Of a stretch of DNA of 64,000 nt, positions 59,482-64,000 are shown one piece after another. Each line of letters opens with the position of its first letter. Positions within the stretch are counted from its first letter, which is position 1. Source of the stretch: an uncultured Roseburia sp. (GTDB taxonomy: Bacteria > Bacillota > Clostridia > Lachnospirales > Lachnospiraceae); the NCBI GenBank assembly GCA_946002055.1, contig CAMFYL010000004.1, positions 5,415 to 69,414 of the forward strand. Direction: 5' to 3'. The translations under genes and the position numbers were made by a program. The notes under the pieces were generated by a model that was not told the origin of the DNA, did no database searches, and saw only the letters and a list, made by a program, of their open reading frames with translations.

Positions 59482-61587
59482 TCATCCTCTTGGTACTTGA
59501 TTTGTAACTCCCTCTTTTCCAAATGAGATAAATTCGTCCAAAGGCACAGCCGGACTGTAATAATATCCTTGGAAATAATCACATCCCATATCTCTTAGCT
59601 TGTCCAATTTTACCTGAGAATCCACATACTCAGCAATCACCTCAAAGCCCATAGAATCACCAAGGGATATAATCGATGCTACAATATCACTACTGCGCTG
59701 GTTGTTTTCCATATCTGACACCAAGGCTCCATCCAACTTCACGTGAGAGAAACTATTTTCCCGCAGGCTCTTAATAGATGTGGTTCCCATACTGAAATCA
59801 TCCATAGCCACCTGCAATCCCTCAGCATTGAGACGGCGAATACTTTCAGTTGCATGCGCCATACGCTCAATAGACATTTCCTCCGTTACTTCGATACCAA
59901 GATGCTGTTCTACCTTGTAGTGTTTTGCCAACAAAATAACATCGGTTACAAATACATCATTGTTTAACTGCTCCGCCGAAATATTCACAGACACGCGAAT
60001 GTCCTTCATGCCTGCATCCCGCATGCGCACAATAGCCTTACAAACTTGTCGAATAATGCATCTTGCCAAATCGTCTTCTAGCCCTGCCTCCTTCGCCATA
60101 TGCACTACAAAAGGCGGAAACATGGTTTCCCCGCCATATTTCCAACGAAGCAGCGCCTCAGCGCCATATAGTTTACCCTGATGATCCACCTGAGGTTGAT
60201 AGTACATAGGAATGTTATCATTTTCAATATCTTGTTGTAGCACACCCACCATCTTGGAAGCGGCAATTGCCCAGGAATTGTGTTGTTTTAAAATTGCCAC
60301 AGGCTGGGGATCATCCATATGCTCCTTGAAATATCGTTGTAATTCCTCTGTGGTTAAAGTCAGCTTTCCTTTTTCCATTTTTCCCATCATTTTCACAAAG
60401 GGGGCATAGATGAGCACTCCCACCACCACAATAATCAGTTGCACAAAAGCGCCCCTCCAGCTTCCGGTGGCCGTATAACCACTGAGAAATATCGGGGTAG
60501 TCCAGGCTACATCCGTGGTGGTAATAGGCATAAATCCTATCACTGTTGCCAAGTATGCAATGGTAAGAGATGCCAGCGGTGTCAGTATAAAAGGAATCGC
60601 CAAAATAGGGTTGAAAATAACAGGTAAGCCCAGAATCAGGGGCTCATTCACATTAAAGAGAATCGGTAACGCCACCGTTCCCAGTATGGCACGAGAGCCT
60701 CTCCTCTTCTCAAAAAGTAACAGAGCAATAAACAGGGACAGTGCCGTTCCACAGCCTCCGATTAAGGTAAACGTGTCCAAGAAAGTTCTGGATAAAATAA
60801 GGCTTGGATCCCCATTGGCCGGCGCAAACACCAAACTCACCACCGGCTCCATCACACCCCCGCCATGAATGCCGAAAAACCACATCAAGCTCTCGGTTCC
60901 CATCATCAATAGCGCAGTGCCGTAGTTGTTTCCCAATTTCACAAAGGTTGCGGAGATAAAAGCCACAAATGCATCATGAATACTCACCATATGGAAGACC
61001 TGATACAGAAACTCATTGAATCCGTAAAATACCAGAATACAAAGACCAAACGGTATCATCACCCAATAAATAGAATAGATGCGCCGCTCAATGCTGGAAG
61101 AAAAAGATAACTCATATCGTTTTCCAATCCAATGATATATGCTAAAAAACAATTTCACGCAAAGCACAGAAACAAGGAATGCCACAAAGACTCCCTTGGC
61201 GTCATAACGAGAAGTATGAAATCCTTCATGGGCAAATCCCATGGATAACAGCATACAGATATAACTGGCGAATATTGCCGCAGCAGATACATAACGGGAT
61301 TCCGCCTCGAAGGTAAGGCTATACATATAAGCCACAGCCACACCCACATAGAGAGCAATGGCTCCCAATGTCATACGAGTCAGACAATCTAAAAGTTTGT
61401 AGCAGATTTCCCCCATAAGAGTGTCGGCATACCAATCCTGCACTCCCGGTATGGGAATACCGCTGATTATGTTCGTTAAAATACCCAGCATCAGAAGAGG
61501 AATACACATCAAGCATCCCCGCTTGATCGAATCAAGCACGGCATTGGTTTCCATTTTATGAGATAACACCATCATTCTCTCAAGCAT
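59482..61587 (-). CDS. PTS EIIC (lactose/cellobiose family)-EAL fusion protein
   Basis: EIIC motifs WFFGIHG, GGCG, FNVNEP...GLPVIFNP, WTTP; EAL motifs YQP, EALLRW, EVTE, DDF, KLD, QGY. Confidence 0.9.
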   Translation of the reverse strand: MLERMMVLSHKMETNAVLDSIKRGCLMCIPLLMLGILTNIISGIPIPGVQDWYADTLMGEICYKLLDCLTRMTLGAIALYVGVAVAYMYSLTFEAESRYVSAAAIFASYICMLLSMGFAHEGFHTSRYDAKGVFVAFLVSVLCVKLFFSIYHWIGKRYELSFSSSIERRIYSIYWVMIPFGLCILVFYGFNEFLYQVFHMVSIHDAFVAFISATFVKLGNNYGTALLMMGTESLMWFFGIHGGGVMEPVVSLVFAPANGDPSLILSRTFLDTFTLIGGCGTALSLFIALLLFEKRRGSRAILGTVALPILFNVNEPLILGLPVIFNPILAIPFILTPLASLTIAYLATVIGFMPITTTDVAWTTPIFLSGYTATGSWRGAFVQLIIVVVGVLIYAPFVKMMGKMEKGKLTLTTEELQRYFKEHMDDPQPVAILKQHNSWAIAASKMVGVLQQDIENDNIPMYYQPQVDHQGKLYGAEALLRWKYGGETMFPPFVVHMAKEAGLEDDLARCIIRQVCKAIVRMRDAGMKDIRVSVNISAEQLNNDVFVTDVILLAKHYKVEQHLGIEVTEEMSIERMAHATESIRRLNAEGLQVAMDDFSMGTTSIKSLRENSFSHVKLDGALVSDMENNQRSSDIVASIISLGDSMGFEVIAEYVDSQVKLDKLRDMGCDYFQGYYYSPAVPLDEFISFGKEGVTNQVPRG

Positions 61588-61632
61588 AAATTCCCCTCCT
61601 TAAAATTTCTCCCCATCATCTTCACGTCTTTC

Positions 61633-63333
61633 CTATGCCGTCTTGTTCAACAACTCCGCAAACTCGTGCTCCGGCAAAGGCTTAGAGTAATAATATCCCT
61701 GTATGTAGTCACAACCACAGTCCTTTAAAAAGTCTACCTGTTCCTGAGTCTCAGCCCCCTCAGCCACAACTTTCGTTCCAATGGTATGAGCCATGGTAAT
61801 GATAGACCATACAACACCATCAGCCTTGATGGATGTTCCAATTTTCTGTACAAAGCCCATATCCAGCTTAATCACATCGAAATCAAAGTCTCTTATGGTA
61901 CTAAAGGAAGAATAGCCGCTGCCGAAATCGTCCAAATAGAATTTCACTCCAATGCGCTTCATATCCAAAAGGGCATTTCGATTATTCTCCGCCACAGTGG
62001 AATATGCTGTCTCTGTCACCTCAAAACGAGTGAAATCCATAGGAACCGTTGTATTGGATACATCCAACAATACAGCCGCCATCATATCTTTATCATAGAA
62101 ATCCATCTGTGACATATTCATAGACACCGGCACAATTGGCAGCTTTTCAGCAAATCGCTGTTCAAGAAACTCCTTCACAGTACGTTCTACAAATAAATCC
62201 ATTTGGGAAATTCGCCCATTCTCCTCCAGCACAGGAATGAATTGTCCCGGAGAAACCATATTCCCCTCGTTTCTCTGCCAACGCACCAGCGCTTCTGCAG
62301 AAGCAATCTTCCCTGTCTTCAAATCATAAACAGGCTGGTAGTACACCTTAAACTCGTTGTTCTCTAACGCCGCTCCTAATTCTGCTGCCGTCTCTGTGCG
62401 CTCTATATACTGGGTGCGCATTTTCTCGTCAAATACGACATATGGTTTCACATACTCATCCTCAATATAATCAAGAGCCATACGAGCAGCACCACACATA
62501 TTGCCGACACTGCTGTTTCTGTCTTCATCACTAATCTTGAGAATACAACACACCCCATATAAATCCAATGAACGATTGTTAGCCTCATAGGTCAGATGCA
62601 GCAAGTCCATCAGTTCCTCTTCATCAATATTTTGCTGATCCACGAGACAGGCAAAATGATCAGCGTTCAATCGGCCAATCACAAGGGGCTGTAAATTGGA
62701 TTGTCGCAGTAGGCGAGGTATCCATCGCAATGCCCGATCTCCCCCCTCTGCACCAAACAAGTCATTAATCGCCTTAAACCCCTTGAGATTAATATACAAA
62801 ATGGCAAACTCCTCGGTCTGCAAAGGATCTTTTAAAATTTCTTCTGCCGCCTCAATAAATCCACGTCTTGTAAATTCTCCCGTAAGCGGATCCTTATATA
62901 GCAAGGATGTCTTGTCCTCCAAAGTGGCAACAACCAACCCCTGTTCCCTATCATAGTAATAATAATGGAACATCTTCACTCTCTTGGTTCCATCACCATA
63001 CAAAAAATGACTGGTAAAAATATACTCATCCTGTTCTTCCAATTGACGCATCAGATTCTCACGATCACTATTTTTGATGAAATTCTCGCAATCTTCCGGG
63101 ATGATAAAATGATCAGACAGAGAAAATCTCGCCTCATCATAATTGTGCTCCTCATTGGTCCAATCCCACGTGTTGCTGACTTGATCAAAATCAACGTAAA
63201 TACTGTTCTTATGTAGATCAATCAGTGCCACATAATCGTAAACCTTGGTTAACAGCCTAGATACAATCTGTTCATGCTTTAATGCAATAGACTCATTTTG
63301 TGTGGAAGAGTCAGCCCATTCCCCATCGTTCAT
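61633..63333 (-). CDS. GGDEF(degenerate)-EAL phosphodiesterase with PAS-like N-terminus
   Basis: DPLTG; active site reads NADHF; EALVRW, DDFGSGYSS, QGYY; RBS GGAGG. Confidence 0.88.
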   Translation of the reverse strand: MNDGEWADSSTQNESIALKHEQIVSRLLTKVYDYVALIDLHKNSIYVDFDQVSNTWDWTNEEHNYDEARFSLSDHFIIPEDCENFIKNSDRENLMRQLEEQDEYIFTSHFLYGDGTKRVKMFHYYYYDREQGLVVATLEDKTSLLYKDPLTGEFTRRGFIEAAEEILKDPLQTEEFAILYINLKGFKAINDLFGAEGGDRALRWIPRLLRQSNLQPLVIGRLNADHFACLVDQQNIDEEELMDLLHLTYEANNRSLDLYGVCCILKISDEDRNSSVGNMCGAARMALDYIEDEYVKPYVVFDEKMRTQYIERTETAAELGAALENNEFKVYYQPVYDLKTGKIASAEALVRWQRNEGNMVSPGQFIPVLEENGRISQMDLFVERTVKEFLEQRFAEKLPIVPVSMNMSQMDFYDKDMMAAVLLDVSNTTVPMDFTRFEVTETAYSTVAENNRNALLDMKRIGVKFYLDDFGSGYSSFSTIRDFDFDVIKLDMGFVQKIGTSIKADGVVWSIITMAHTIGTKVVAEGAETQEQVDFLKDCGCDYIQGYYYSKPLPEHEFAELLNKTA

Positions 63334-63519
63334 TGTACTTCTTGTCCTCCCAAATCCATTGAAAGTATAAAAATAACTCTCTTGTATTTTATCATTACAA
63401 TTCTGCCATTTCAAACAAATTATTAGACTTTTCACCCTTTTCGGGACTTTTTTTATACACAAAAAAAGGGTATACTGTAAACGTATCGTAGCACACACAT
63501 TATGTAGTAGGAGACGCCA

Positions 63520-64000
63520 ATGAAGCAACTATATACCACGTGGGGAGAAAGCATATCCGAGGAGGAAATTTTGCAGGAATATCCAAGGCCTTCCTTCGTC
63601 CGAAATTCCTATATCAACTTAAATGGCAGGTGGGACTACGCCTTCACCAAAGAAGCAACTGAGCCGGCGCAATTTCAGGGGCAAATTCTTGTGCCTTTTT
63701 CTCCGGAAGCCGTACTCTCCGGAGTAAACCGTCAGCTTCAACCCAATGAATTTTTATGGTACCGCACCAACATACCTCTAGATCGCAACAACCTTGCAGA
63801 GGGTATGGGGCTATGTCTTCATTTTGGTGCCGTGGACCAATCTGTGGTTGTGTATCTGAATAAAGAAAAAATCGGTGAACATCACGGTGGGTACCTTCCC
63901 TTTTGTTTCGACATTACATCCGCTGCACTTGCCACTGACATGGATACTATGGAGCTTACCCTATGCGTGAAAGATGTAAGCGACACTTCCTACCATGCCA
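63520..64000 (+). CDS. Glycoside hydrolase family 2 (5' part; runs off the window)
   Basis: Translated by hand: RBS AGGAG, MKQLYTTWGE...EYPRP...NLNGRWDY...VPFSPE...LHFGAVD...HHGGYLPF. Confidence 0.85.
   Translation, partial: MKQLYTTWGESISEEEILQEYPRPSFVRNSYINLNGRWDYAFTKEATEPAQFQGQILVPFSPEAVLSGVNRQLQPNEFLWYRTNIPLDRNNLAEGMGLCLHFGAVDQSVVVYLNKEKIGEHHGGYLPFCFDITSAALATDMDTMELTLCVKDVSDTSYHA

Overview
Chromosomal segment of a motile, low-GC Clostridia bacterium; gene content and order resemble Lachnospiraceae (inference). About 50 mostly housekeeping genes, nearly all on the minus strand: ribU with an FMN riboswitch, glpK, an ACT regulator-hom-apgM operon, prfB with its +1 frameshift, cdaR-ftsEX-S41 protease, trxB, PBP1A, GSIII, fba, the uvrC-hprK-murB-rapZ-whiA-HPr block, ftsH, putP, an ABC importer, two MCPs, two MATEs and tRNA-Gln. 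No transposase, integrase, phage or CRISPR is visible. The most unusual items are: (1) a non-coding ~566-bp imperfect palindrome at 54172-54737 and a smaller 142-bp rod at 10972-11113; (2) a candidate sugar-sensing c-di-GMP operon built around a PTS EIIC-EAL fusion, divergent from a GH2; (3) a DnaA-box/0A-box cluster away from the origin; (4) three deletion scars (K+ channel, pdxR/pdxT, rubrerythrin). All product calls come from motif recognition by eye, with no database search. Several start codons were moved from the ORF track to RBS-supported ATGs.
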